Shown in pieces: positions 51,501-63,062 of a stretch of DNA of 64,000 bases. The DNA comes from Macrostomum hystrix (lineage: Eukaryota > Animalia > Platyhelminthes). The stretch is taken from NCBI GenBank assembly GCA_950097015.1, contig CATNEN010000038.1:12772001-12836000 (forward strand). Direction: 5' to 3'. The stretch's first letter is position 1; every line of letters starts with the position of its first letter. Below the pieces are notes generated by a model. It was given only the letters and a program-made list of their open reading frames with translations. It was not told the origin of the DNA and searched no databases. Position numbers and translations under genes: made by a program.

Positions 51501-54500
51501 CGTTTCTGGCGGTCCGTATCGGTTTCGATGAGACGATCAAAGCCGAATGCACCGAGTCTGCCACGGCGCCTTCATCTTCCGATGAGCTGCCAGTGGCGTT
51601 GTCGGGTCCGTCGTCAGTCGCAGCGTCAGCAGCAGCGGCAATAGCTGCCGAAACCGATAGAAGCACCTTCCGCTTGGTTAGACTGGCTTCGATTTGGTGG
51701 TCCCGGATGGATTCGCGCAACTGGTCATCTGTTTTGCGCCGGGCGTCGAGTTCGTGCTCCATGTGGTGCACCTTTTGCTCGAGCTCATCGCGCTCCTGAC
51801 GAACCGCCTGCAGCTCGCTAAGAAGCCTCCTGAGCCGGGTGTCCTTTCTCCCGCACTCCTCGCACGAATGGTCGGCCTCATCCGCGGGGCATTCAATGCC
51901 GGTTGGCTTGTCATGCGACTCAGCGGCAGTTTCGCACACCTTGAGAAATTTCTTAGCTTGCTTTTGGGACACAAAAGGTCCCTTAACAATTTTAGCAGCA
52001 TATCGAATGCCTGCTTTCTTATCCTTTGCGACAACGACTTGGACGTCGTGTCCGATGGACCGAGGGGAGTTGCAATCTAGGTCGACTGAGGCGTTGAAGA
52101 CATCACGATCGTCGACAATCATGCACTCGCGCTTTCCAGTCGCGAATTGCACAATCCAAAAGTGTTCGGCAAATTTTGTGGATTGGGACGGCCCCGCCTT
52201 CCGCTGCGCAACCGTGTTTTTCTTTTCACTCGGCATTTTAGTGAATTCGCAGCTTGATGAATAGACCTGTAGATGAGTGGACTTGAATCTGACAGACTGC
52301 AACGCTGAAAAATGTTTGGATGGCAGGTGATGTGCGGCTCGTCTTAGCGTAGCCTCTCCGCCCATCTGTCCCGTTCCCCTTTAGTCTTTTGCGTCTTTAG
52401 ACGATCTAAGTGCAACCTCCAACTCCGAGATCTCTTATTACTTATTTGAGGAACTCCATCTTAAGTCCACCGTGACTGCAGTAGAATTCCTCTGGTGGCA
52501 GCATTACGGCGATCGAGTGATTATTTGAGACGAGCTGATTACGTTACCACTAAGCTTCAGATTGGAGCCTGCCTCACCCAAGCCCTACGTTAAACCCCGG
52601 GTGACAGGCAACACAGGCTTACACTTGAACAATTGTGACTTAAATTGTGAACTTAATTTGGAAGGGTACCTGGCAAATTATAAGTATCATAGGTATATAA
52701 CAAGATTGAGGACTTTCAGTTGTCAACTTCAACCCTACGGGCCATTAAAAAGATAACACAAAGTTGTAAACATGTGGAAAATGTTTTTACAGTTCAAACT
52801 AAGCAGTTGAGGCGCATACACTCATCCGCTGGAATCACCATGAGGGCAACTTTATAACAAGTCGAACATGCATGTACTCGTACATGGATGGGTGGCGACA
52901 TCACCACATTTTATAATGCGCTGCAATCTGCGCTAAAGGGAACAAAACTTTGCCTGTATTGGCAGCAAATATAAAAATAACATGGACCTATATTAATCTC
53001 ATAGACCGTTTAAGGTAGTTATAATTTCTTACTCTTATCTGTCTTTGTACCTACGATTGTAATTAATAGCTGGCCTAATTATAGAACAGATTCCTTTACA
53101 TTGAATATATAGTTCCCTCAGCTTCCTCCAACGCCTCAATGAGTATGTCCTCCATGCCATCGTCAGCCCAATGACGGTGTTCGACGTAAGCACGGTAAGC
53201 ACATATATCGATTGTCCTGTTGAAGACAGGCGATAGACAAGCGGCCTCGTCATCTGCAACGGAGGCCATCTTAACGGTACCAGTTTTGCGGAAGACCGGC
53301 GATGGACAAGCGGCGTCTTCATCTGCAACAGAGACCATCTCAGACACATGTCTGAATCGGTTGTGTCGAAACTCAGCTAGTTCTAGCATGGCATTGCGGC
53401 ATTCCTGTAATTTATGATTCAGTGGCAGAAACATATATGCACGATTGTTGCGCTCAGCTGCATTTTCTATCTAGCTGCTCATCAACAGTTGTACTATCAG
53501 TTTCATTTTGTATTAGACTATCTAGCCCCAAAGAATTTCTTAATATAATGCTTACATTCAGTGCACTCTCCGCCCTCTTTAATGCATCAGAACATTTGGC
53601 CACAAGTTCTGCCTCTAAGCTGACACAATCTGTTGTCGCAGCGGAGGCAAGATTGCTATGATCGAATTCATGGTCATCATTGGTGCTGCAGATGAAGCCT
53701 GCAAAGTCGTCACTAGTGCAAATTTGGACATTCGCTTCAGCCAGCACAGCACAGCGAGCAGAGGCGCCAGTAGCGGTGCCGGCCGAGGCGCCAGTAGCGG
53801 TGCCGGCCGAGGCGCCAGTCGAAGAAAATAATGAAGCGAATAAGTCTTCTGACTCAGATGGCCTTTCTGCTTCTCTAATTTCAGATATATCTGAATATCT
53901 GAATACAGACATGGCAGACGTTTCTCCTGCCGTCACAGCGTTTGTATTGGCAGCAGTCTCTCGGGCCTTACGCCGCAACCATTCCTCATCCTCCCTTTGT
54001 TCTTTTAGCCAGGCCTGCTTGCTGAGCCAAATAGGCCTATTGTTTGACATGGCAATCGTAGACGGAAAGTAGCTTCTTCTGTTGACAATAATGCTGCAAA
54101 AGTAGTGGAATTTCTTAAATGAGGTCGGGGACTATAGGGTCGTGCTAGGTTTCATTCAGAAACATGTGCTGCACCTTCATACAAGTAGGCCATATTGCAT
54201 GCCACCCTGGTATCCTGTCATATGAAGGCACTAAAGTTAGATTTTCAGAAGTCAAAGCAAGAAAGCCACGAATGTAAAGAACGATAGGGCCAATAGGCGA
54301 ATGAAAATGTCGTTTAATTGAATTGCTATGCATACGCAAATGTACTAAAGAGGATATACAATTAGTTAGACTGGAAATCGTGACAGGCTACTGGGACATC
54401 AGTCAACGCTGCAAATATCCATCGGTCGCGATCCTGTGCGTTCACGCGTAGTGCAGCTGCGTGTGTGGCATTAGTGCTATGTGCGTGTGACTGACTAGGC

Positions 54501-57500
54501 AGGTTCCAACAACCTTGCTACAGTCAACTGTTGTCGGCGGTTCAGGTATGTCGTCGCTGAACGGGTCGTCCACTAGTCGCATGACGTGTGTCAGGCGACA
54601 CCCACGTGCGGATGATTCTGGAGGCACTGAGCACAGCCTCACTGCAGGATAAAGTACCAACGCAGTTGTCCGTATAGGCTGAATTACAACTCGGACCACA
54701 TCTGAATCAATGTCAGCCTGGATCGCTTCTAAGCGTCCAAAGGCAAATTCGGTCGCAGAATTTCCTCGCGTTGCAACAAAACAGGACGATGTCTTCGATG
54801 CTCTAACCAGTCCTTGCCTGATTTCAATGAATAGGCCATTGGGGAGAGTCGCAGCACGAAACTGGCTGTTCGCCTGCTGCTGTCGACCTTCCAGCTTGAT
54901 GCCTCCGACAAACAATGCGGTGCCGTCAGGGTGATTATCAGGGTCAGGCAGTCGAAGCGTATTGATGTGACGGGTTACCGCTTTAAGAATTTCGACATCC
55001 TGCAGACGTGAGCCGTGGATGTTGCTACGGAGGCGGAAGTGTGTCGCTTCGAACAGCGATGCAGAGATCCTATGAAGTGGTCCAAATCTGATGGCTGTAG
55101 ATACCATATGCACACAGACTTGGTGTGCATTGTAGGTCAACGCCCGCGTTGAGTAGAGCACGGGCAGGCACCTAGTAATGTGTAAAGCAAAACATTTCAA
55201 CTCAATATAGCTGTGAAATATGATTGAAGAGAAGTGTAATCACATTCTGCTACAGACATGGCCACACGAAAATGTTAGTTAATGAGTATTCATAGAGACC
55301 AGTCCATTGCACTTACTTCAGAAAATGTTCGAGGGAGGTCTGCGCTCGCATGACTTCAACTAGCGATCCCCCTTCGAAGCAGAGCCAGAAAACGGCGGAG
55401 CTTAGCAGTAGCAGATGCAAGTAGTAATCAACTTTCGTTTGTCCGCGTAGAAAGTCGCCAAGGATCATCGGAGTCAGTGCGAACGCCCAAACCTCGAACT
55501 CGTGGCCGCGGAAGCGAGCGAGTTCCTTTAGATTTCGCAGGGAACGACGGTGAACACTGTGTGGCACGATTATTTGGCTTAGTGCGGCGCTTATCTCCTG
55601 CAGTTGCCGATGCAGGTTCGGCGTCTCGATTTGCGGATCCGGTCGATCACGGCGTTGACAAAAAAGCTGCGGTAGGAGCCACTTAAATAGACCGCCGTCA
55701 AACTGGTGTAAGAAACACGGGGGGCATCCAGTGACGAAATCGAAGCCGTTCAGTTCTTCCAAAGGAGAGACGGCATTTACCTGCAATATGGAGAGCAATA
55801 AAAGCAATGGCTTCATCTGAAAATATAATTCTCCTATGTAAAAAATGACAGAAAGTGACAGATGCCTATAAACTGCGCTCGTACTACACATATAACAGGA
55901 TACTCACGCCTAGAAAATCGTCTCGGCGTGCAGGGATGGTCGCAGCCAAATGAAGCGTGTCTCGCCTGGTGCGAACAGCTGGTGCCCTGCAACCAGCGCG
56001 TCTTGCTGTTTCCATCATGGCATTCGTGAGTTGAGTAGGATAGTAGCGGCCTGCTCTCAGTTGCGGGCGCGTTTCGACGTAGCATTTGTCGCAACCGTAG
56101 CGCGCGTTGAAGCGCTTTATTCCGATTGCGTCGGCGCGAACAGGAGCGTCGAACATTCCGATCAGTGGATGTAGATGAAGATTTCGTTTAGCCCCGGTTT
56201 CATCAACGATCGTAATGCCTTCCACGCGCAACCTGTTAAGCATGGGAACCACTAACTGAAGAAAGTGCGAGGCTCGCAACTTGCGCTTTCCCGTCCACAA
56301 GCCGCACAATACGACGAAGCGCATCTTTATTTTATCGTCTATTTCGTTAATAATAAGATAAACTGGGCACACTTCAGCGCTGGATGTTCTCGCGACTGTA
56401 AAGCCGTCAGTGCTTAAAGTGTAGGTCAAATCACTTCGTTCTTGTGGTCGAATGGTCTGCAAAAAACGTTGATAGGCCGTGCCTGCAGCAAAGCTTAGAC
56501 AGCCAGGCGTATATATTTGATCGCAAGGAAAGGTGACGTAGCGAAGCAAATGATTGCGCTCAATCATCACGCGCAGCTGCGAGCGAACATCGACCACCCA
56601 GAACTTAACCGTATCGGATTGACACTGCTGGCAACGCTCATCAGCGATAGCTTCTACATGGCTCGTATTACATGTGCAACAAACGAAATGACAAGTAGCA
56701 TTCTTGGGCTGAAATCGACCTCTGACGGGCGCAAGTCCCAGTGCTTTATCCAGCTGTGTAAGAGTTTTCGGCATGGAGTTCGCTGTCGGCAAAAGACGTT
56801 GTAGAAGCCGCAAAAGCAATGCTTTGGACAGACGACGCAGTTTGCTTTTCTTTGCAAAGTCTTCGATCGCCATAGCTGCATCCTTGACACTTATGCTGGC
56901 ACCAAGAAAAATGGGACTGGTCGCTGCATGGTTGACAGGGCTCGCAGCAGGCTGCTGGGTGTCGCTGTCGCTGCTGTCGGCAGGAGGACCACCGTGTCCA
57001 GGGCTCGCAGCAGGCTGCTGGGTGTCGCTGTCGCTGCTGTCGGCAGGAGGACCACCGTGTCCAGGGCTCGCAGCAGGCTGCTGGGTGTCGCTGTCGCTGC
57101 TGTCGGCAGGAGGACCACCGTGTCCAGGGCTCGCAGCAGGCTGCTGGGTGTCGCTGTCGCTGCTGTCGGCAGGAGGACCACCGTGTCCAGGGCTCGCAGC
57201 AGGCTGCTGGGTGTCGCAGTCGCTGCTGTCGGCAGGAGGACCACCGTGTCCAGGGCTCGCAGCAGGCTGCTGGGTGTCGCTGTCGCTGCTGTCGGCCCGA
57301 GTGTCAGCAAAAGAATTTTCTCTTTCTGATTTTAGCTGTCTCCATTGCTTCTGGCGTGCTCGGTTTGAACGTGGCATTATTAACAGTGCAACAGCTGAAA
57401 CAGAGCAATGTGATTTTGGGATTTTCTATTTTATGACCATTCAATCCAATTTATAGGCTGAAGCAGCTGCGTAGAAATTTACGAGACCTTAACCTTATAA

Positions 57501-58463
57501 CGTTATAGCTATAGCTAGGTAGTTCAAATATGCAATCAAATAGTAAAGCCGAAGTAAAAGGAGTCTAAAGGTGGTTTGCATTGACACAAAAATATGGCGT
57601 TATGCATTCTGTTTTATTTAGCATATAATACAAAGTAAATGAAAAAGACTGCATTAGGCACTGGGCCAGGTACAGCTTTTGGAACTGTGCCAGACTCCAA
57701 ATCTGCAGTGTAACGCTGGCGCTTGTACGGAGGGAGGGCGCAGCCACACACTGTTTCGAGCGATGCAGTGCATGCTGTACATAGTATGAGGACTTAGCGC
57801 GAATTTTACCTGGAAAGTAGGCGAAAATTGGGGGAAAATCGGTGAAAATCGGTCCGAAACTTGCCCAAACTGGACCCGACTTTCACCTGGCACAGGGTAG
57901 GTGAAAATTGGGGGAAAATCGGTGAAAATCGGTCCGAAACTTGCCCAAACTGGACCCGACTTTCACCTGGCACAGGGTAGGTGAAAATTGGGGGAAAATA
58001 GGTGAAAATCGGTCCGAAACTTGCCCAAACTGGACCCGACTTTCACCTGGCACAGGGTAGGCGAAAATTGGGGGAAAATCGGTGAAAATCGGTCCGAAAC
58101 TTGCCCAAACTGGACCCGACTTTCACCGGGCACAGAGACAGCAAATGTCGGTGAAAATCGTACCAATATCGATAAGAAATCGGCCCAAACTTTAAAAACG
58201 TTGAAAATCGTATCAAAATCGTTCCAACACTGGCCTAACAACTATAAAAATGTCTGAGTTGGTTCCCAGCGGGCCATGATCAACCACATCCCATTGTCTC
58301 ATGATCAACCACATCCGATTGTCCGCAGATCGGCTGTCCCTTGTACGTGGCAGTGACTCAGAAGGCCGCTGAGCAGGCTGTCAACCTGAACCTGACCTCC
58401 TCTATGCAGCGTCAACGGACTTCGTCTTCGTCTGCTCCGGCTGGCCGATCGAAGCGCGACTGA
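45547..58463 (+). CDS. ATL: Atlastin GTPase, 3 coding exons, about 577 aa
   Basis: Exons 45547-46605, 47611-48150 and 58329-58463 (all phase 0). [39 protein letters not shown], tandem TM hairpin, amphipathic WDK|IGCPLY, ending RSKRD. Confidence 0.95.
49386..49950. repeat. 25-bp minisatellite (CACATCCCATTCTCCCATGATCAAC), resuming at 58274-58322 after the transposon
   Basis: Period of 25 on both sides of element 2. Confidence 0.95.
50268..50475. repeat. Subterminal 70-bp tandem repeat x3 of element 2
   Basis: TCAACGGACAGAATCGGACC recurs at 50281, 50351 and 50421. Confidence 0.92.
50968..52236 (-). CDS. Element 2 coiled-coil plus BEN-domain protein (ORF may extend upstream to 52365)
   Basis: CEEC followed by a heptad-rich helix ([30 protein letters not shown]). 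Then [22 protein letters not shown]...ADNVKLDII...[15 protein letters not shown], which matches the BEN pattern LF..EEL...S..G...D..KL..I. Confidence 0.75.
   Translation of the reverse strand: MPSEKKNTVAQRKAGPSQSTKFAEHFWIVQFATGKRECMIVDDRDVFNASVDLDCNSPRSIGHDVQVVVAKDKKAGIRYAAKIVKGPFVSQKQAKKFLKVCETAAESHDKPTGIECPADEADHSCEECGRKDTRLRRLLSELQAVRQERDELEQKVHHMEHELDARRKTDDQLRESIRDHQIEASLTKRKVLLSVSAAIAAAADAATDDGPDNATGSSSEDEGAVADSVHSALIVSSKPIRTARNAESILVPLSPQLPDVLIRSSDRCALQSDIKNAKEAENVDARVRARGSLLRRFVRILFSKEELLQTSFTGRSSGDKARLPADNVKLDIIVAHLNNNGLELGRRELQQAYSRCVDAIKQARKRKAVAAKKMPKKTKIGAAASNFADTDKAVAAGESAGASEAIGASANNVAGAAYEDDA
53096..54050 (-). CDS. Element 2 orphan protein, 2 exons, about 267 aa
   Basis: Exons 54050-53556 (donor GTAAGC) and 53404-53096 (acceptor TTACAG) join in phase 0 to give a continuous helix, [10 protein letters not shown]|[13 protein letters not shown]. 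Internal repeats ASAGTATG and M.SVAD..AAC.SPVF. Confidence 0.6.
54442..57377 (-). CDS. CACTA/EnSpm-type transposase, 3 exons, about 887 aa
   Basis: Exons 57377-55908, 55780-55317 and 55171-54442 (phases 0, 2). CCTC...[27 protein letters not shown]|VNAVSPL, CFLH (C/DxxH motif), FRGHEF, TYNAHQ, ASLFE. Confidence 0.9.
56937..57296 (-). repeat. 63-bp coding tandem repeat ([21 protein letters not shown]), about 5.7 copies, in the transposase N-terminus
   Basis: Near-identical units with period 63. Confidence 0.95.
57817..58135. repeat. Subterminal 80-bp tandem repeat x4 of element 2
   Basis: G[C/T]GAAAATTGGGGGAAAAT recurs at 57821, 57901, 57981 and 58061. Confidence 0.95.
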
Positions 58464-61272
58464 GCTGACAAGGTCGCGAGTTCGATGCCCTGGCTAATCC
58501 CTTCCCCCGGCCTGCTAATCCTCCTTAGCCACGGTGCTGCTTCTGCTCTAGAAAATTTTGGGGGAAAGTATATTCTTCAGCTCTCTCTATTGAGTGCACG
58601 AGCGTAGTATTTAATTCACTTTTGCTTGTTGGTTGATTGACAGTCTAATTGTCGCGATGGGTTTAAGGTAATGCATTGTAGTCTTATGAATTTGTTGTCG
58701 CAGATTTAAACCTCCCCGCAGCTTAAATTGTATTCTTATTTTGGTTGTCAGCTATGTCCCGTCCTACTCAGACTCACCGACTCTCAGTGTCCGCCTGTTG
58801 ATTTTGAATTTGTGATCGCTTGAAGTGACTATTTTTATATCCTTTAGCTATTAGCCCTTCAGATTTGTAATAATTACAAACTCTAACTCATTTTCCGTGT
58901 CTTATTTCAATACATTATTAATTGCCTGACATAAAGTTTCTACACTTGACATAACTCTGTCCCAGGTTCTGAGTGCCTTTTATTTACCTATTTAGCTTGC
59001 ACTAATACCGTAGCTTTCTTACTAACTATAATGAATTAGGCAATAAAGTATTTTGTCTTTTGCGGTCATTTTAAAAAAGGATATTGACTTTTATCCCTTT
59101 GTTAGTTTATTATTATTCCCCTAATTTCTTATTTATTTCAAATAATATCAGACTGAGTGATTTCGAATTGCTTGGGTAACTCTAACAAACGCATCTTTGT
59201 ATTTGCACTTGTACTTATGAAGCACTTTTGTGTAGGATTAGCGCCCAGCTAGAACAGCCTGTACTCCTACTCATCTGATCTAGCTCTCAAATAAATTATT
59301 TTAGGCCAAATCATTTTCGGGATTTCTATTTATCTCTATTCTAGCTTTCCAGGTTACCTTATGGAGAAATATAACTGGCTGTGACATTTGATTATTTAGT
59401 AGTGGGATGTGTGATTGGGATTACAATATGGATCTGATCTTGGGTCTAGGGATCAACTGTTTTTTCAAGCAAAACCTGGCTTTTTAGACCGACCTGCTGT
59501 GTACACTAAAGCAGCCAATAGAATCCCTTTCGAATATTTATTTGACATACTTTAACCCTATCTAGTCACCAAAGTCCTGTTTTTCCGTGTCTGCCCAAGC
59601 AATAATTATTATAATTTGCGCGCCAAAATCTTCCTTTTAAAAATTGTTTCTTTATTTAAGTTTTCTGTGTTTTTCCAACACCTATTTTCAACCAAATATT
59701 TAGCGAAACGATCTGTGTTCCGAATTCTATTACCTGTGTTAATTAACCCTGCACGTGCAATCTGACGCATTCGCTGCTGAACCAATTATAAACGGTTCTG
59801 TGCAGGTGTGTTATTGTATAAGCACTGTGTGCGCCAAAGCTAAATGTGTCACTCATTTTATTGATCAATAATTATACTATAGCTCCCTAACAGATTAATT
59901 TACGTTTTCTTGCTGTTTTGTGGTTATGGGTTTTCAGCAAACACAACATGCTAGTGACTAGATAGATGCTCTGATCTAGTACACCCTACCCTGTAGACAC
60001 GTTTGATCACATATTTGATGTGCATTTTCTTCTGCGATTTCTAATCCTAATCAATCTCCTGATAAGATTGAGTTAAATGGCTTGTTAGTTTTCGGATCAG
60101 TTTAAATTATTTTAGTTTGATCAATCGCAAACCCAGTAGAAAAAATGTTTTTTTACTTAACAAAAGCTTCACCAGAATCGACGCCCTAAAATACAAAATA
60201 AGATAGCAGTGATTTACTTTCAAACCATGGAATCGATCTGAACCTAAACTGAATTGCCTGCTGGTACCTACAAGCTTGCTTTTTTATACGCTCGTATATT
60301 TTAGTTTTCAGTATATCTGAAAGATGGTAGATGGTACTTTTAGGCGCAGTGGTGTCTGAGGACAGTTTTGCTTCAACAGAAAACTTTAACTTTACTCAGA
60401 TGAACATTACTACAAAAAGAGGTTTTGAAATAAAGTCCTTAAAACTCGACGAATTCAGAATCTGTGCTAAAGAGTAACAAACATAACAACAGGCGGCGGC
60501 GCGCTGTCTATTAAACACAATGAATGAACGATGCGAATGCTAACAATTGAGGCCGCAAAAGCTGCTGTCGATGAACTAGCTACAAGCAAGGATATCGAGG
60601 GAGCTTGAGCTGGGTGGCTTGTGCTCAAATGAATTTTTTATCAACTACTCAGTAGAAACGCATGAGACTATTTCTCGCATAGTCAAATCCAATGACTTTT
60701 ATATGTTATGAGATTGTAAATCCAGCTGTGAGACTATAACAAATATGCTATGACCTATGAGACTATTGCTGACTCTAATCTGATGTTCAGTGAGCACTTT
60801 AGGCCAGGCCAACACAAAAGGCTTCTAATGTTATAGGATAACTTTTAGCTAAATAAAAAATATTGCGGTCCGACAAGCGACACAGCTAGGGAAAGCCTAA
60901 TGCACTTCCTATATTACAAAATCCTAATCATTTTTTGGTATTCAAAGTGAAGTGATAGACAAAGGCTAAATTAAGATTGCATAGAATATATTACTTACAA
61001 AAGTACTGCTACGACAGTAAATTAAAAAATGATTAACTGATTTTTGTTATGATTCCCTGCCAGAGCGCCGACCCAATAAGGGTAGAACCTTGCATAGGAG
61101 ATGCTAAATGTTTGCGTGCATTAGAAATATAATTATATAGGTGTAAAACCTAGAAGTATATATTTAATGTCAATCGATAGTATTTAGTTAACGATCAGAA
61201 AAAAATCAGCTTTTCAATGATGAATTTAACAAGCTTCTCGAACAGCGGCCCGGCGCGCGGCCAGCTCCTACT

Positions 61273-62405
61273 TCAAGCGTCGCCCACGGCGCTCTGGCTG
61301 GCGCGCCTCTCGCTCTGACTGGCGCGCCGTTTCACCGGCACAATGGTCACCGCTAGGCGGCTGTTGTGCAGCACATAGTCGGACACGGAGCCCAGGAAGG
61401 CTCGCTTGACGTCGCCAAGGCCGCGCGTTCCCATCACCACCATGTTGCAGCCGCTGCGCCAGGCGATATCGACCAGGGCCTCGCCGGGGCGTTTGCTGGT
61501 CTCAGCGACGAAGTCTATCTGGGTTGGTTGAGTGATGGTCGAATTTCGGGGTGAGGCTTCGAATTGGAGAGCAGAAGTATCTTATTGGGGCGGGGCTGCT
61601 AAGGGGATGGAAATGAATGTATATTATGTTGAGGTGGGGGTTGGTGAGGGGACGGAAATAAGTGTACATCCTATTGAGGTGGAGGTTGTTGAGGGGACGG
61701 AAGTGAATGTAAATCCTATTGAGGTGGGGCTGGTGAGGGGACGGAAGTGAGTGTACATCCTATTGAAGTGGGGGTTGGTGAGGGGACGGAAGTGAGTGTA
61801 CATCGGAGTGGGGAGTTTTCACTGAGAGGCAAGGAAGTACTGCCCATCGCCGATCAGCTCGGGGCAGGTCATTAAGGGACAAGGGTGAACTTTAAGGGTG
61901 TATTAGTCTTTGTAAGTGTTTAGTACCTAGTTTACTTGAAGGCACAGTAGGTACTTGAAGCTTGGGGTTGTTGTCCGGTACCTCTATCAGGCTTAATGGG
62001 CTATGGGCTAATATGAGCCCATATGGTACGTATGTGCTTAAATTCGCTGTTACTATTGCTTATACTGCACAGCTGACCATTATATCGCTTTCCCGAATCC
62101 CACATGAAATTTCCCCATTTCCCATCCAGTCAAGGCACCTTCATGCGAGTCTGCATAGCCCGGATGGAGATGTCCTCCTCCAAGGCCTTGGCCTTCTTGC
62201 CGCTCTCCAAGATGATGTTGCGCCATTCGTCTGTTGGCACGTTGAAGCCGCTCTTCAACGAGAACGATGGCAGCGACGGCGGCTCCAGGATGTGCGCGAT
62301 GACTAGCGAGTCACCTTCGCGACGCACATTCTCCATGTACCAGCGGTAGGCCTCCTCAGCGTGGTCGGATCCGTCCAGGGGAATGAGAATTTTTCGGCCA
62401 GACAT
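61273..62405 (-). CDS. Universal stress protein (UspA domain), 2 coding exons, about 170 aa
   Basis: Exons 62405-62139 and 61518-61273 (phase 0). RKILIPLDGSDHAEEAYRW and the ATP-binding motif MGTRGLGDVKRAFLGSVSDYVLHN (G-2x-G-9x-GS). Confidence 0.92.
61615..61805. repeat. 45-bp minisatellite x4 in the USP intron
   Basis: GAGGTGGGGGTTGGTGAGGGGACGGAAGTGAGTGTACATCCTATT units. Confidence 0.88.
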
Positions 62406-62514
62406 GTCGGCTTCTGGGATCAGGTAAGTGCCTGGGAAGATTATATGCGGGAATGAGATTGTGTTCTCAAAAGTCTTGACACCGTTTCTTATATGTTTCC
62501 TTGCAGAATGATAT

Positions 62515-63062
62515 GATAGCTGACACTCTGAAGGATGATGGAATATATACTGAAGGACTGAAGGATGATGGCTGACACACTGAAGGATTGGATGATGATG
62601 GCTGACATACTGAAGGACTGAAGGATGATGGAATATATACTGAAGGACTGAAGGATGATGGCTGACACACTGAAGGACTGGATGATGATGGCTGACATAC
62701 TGAAGGACTGAAGGATGATGGCTGACATACTGAAGGACTGGATGATAATGGCTGACATACTGAAGGACTGGATGATGATGTAGCTGACACACTGAAGGAC
62801 TGGATGATGATGGCTGACAGACTGACGGACTGGATGATGATGGCTGACACACTGAAGGACTCGATGATGATGGCTGACACACTGAAGGACTGGAGGATGA
62901 TGGCTGACACACTGAAGGACTGGAGGATGATGGCTGACACACTGAAGGACTGGAGGATGATGGCTGACACACTGAAGGACTGGATGATGATGGCTGACAC
63001 ACTGAAGGACTGGATGATGATGGCTGACACACTGAAGGACTGGATGATGATGGGTGATACTG
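62515..63062. repeat. 30-bp minisatellite (ACTGAAGGACTGGATGATGATGGCTGACAC), about 18 copies
   Basis: Period of 30. Lies upstream of the USP ATG, probably in a 5'UTR intron. Confidence 0.95.

Larger units (their letters stand above)
49951..58273 (-). mobile_element. CACTA/EnSpm-type DNA transposon, element 2, 8.3 kb, apparently intact, in the last atlastin intron
   Basis: Perfect 22-bp TIRs CCCGCTGGGAACCAACTCAGAC (49951-49972 and 58252-58273). 2-bp TSD CC. Subterminal tandem arrays. Contains a transposase gene. Confidence 0.95.

Noticed and set aside
55700-55730. Element 2 transposase inactivated because DxxH reads CFLH
   Set aside because: The motif in this group of transposases is C/DxxH, so Cys is an accepted variant, and the DDE residues are present.
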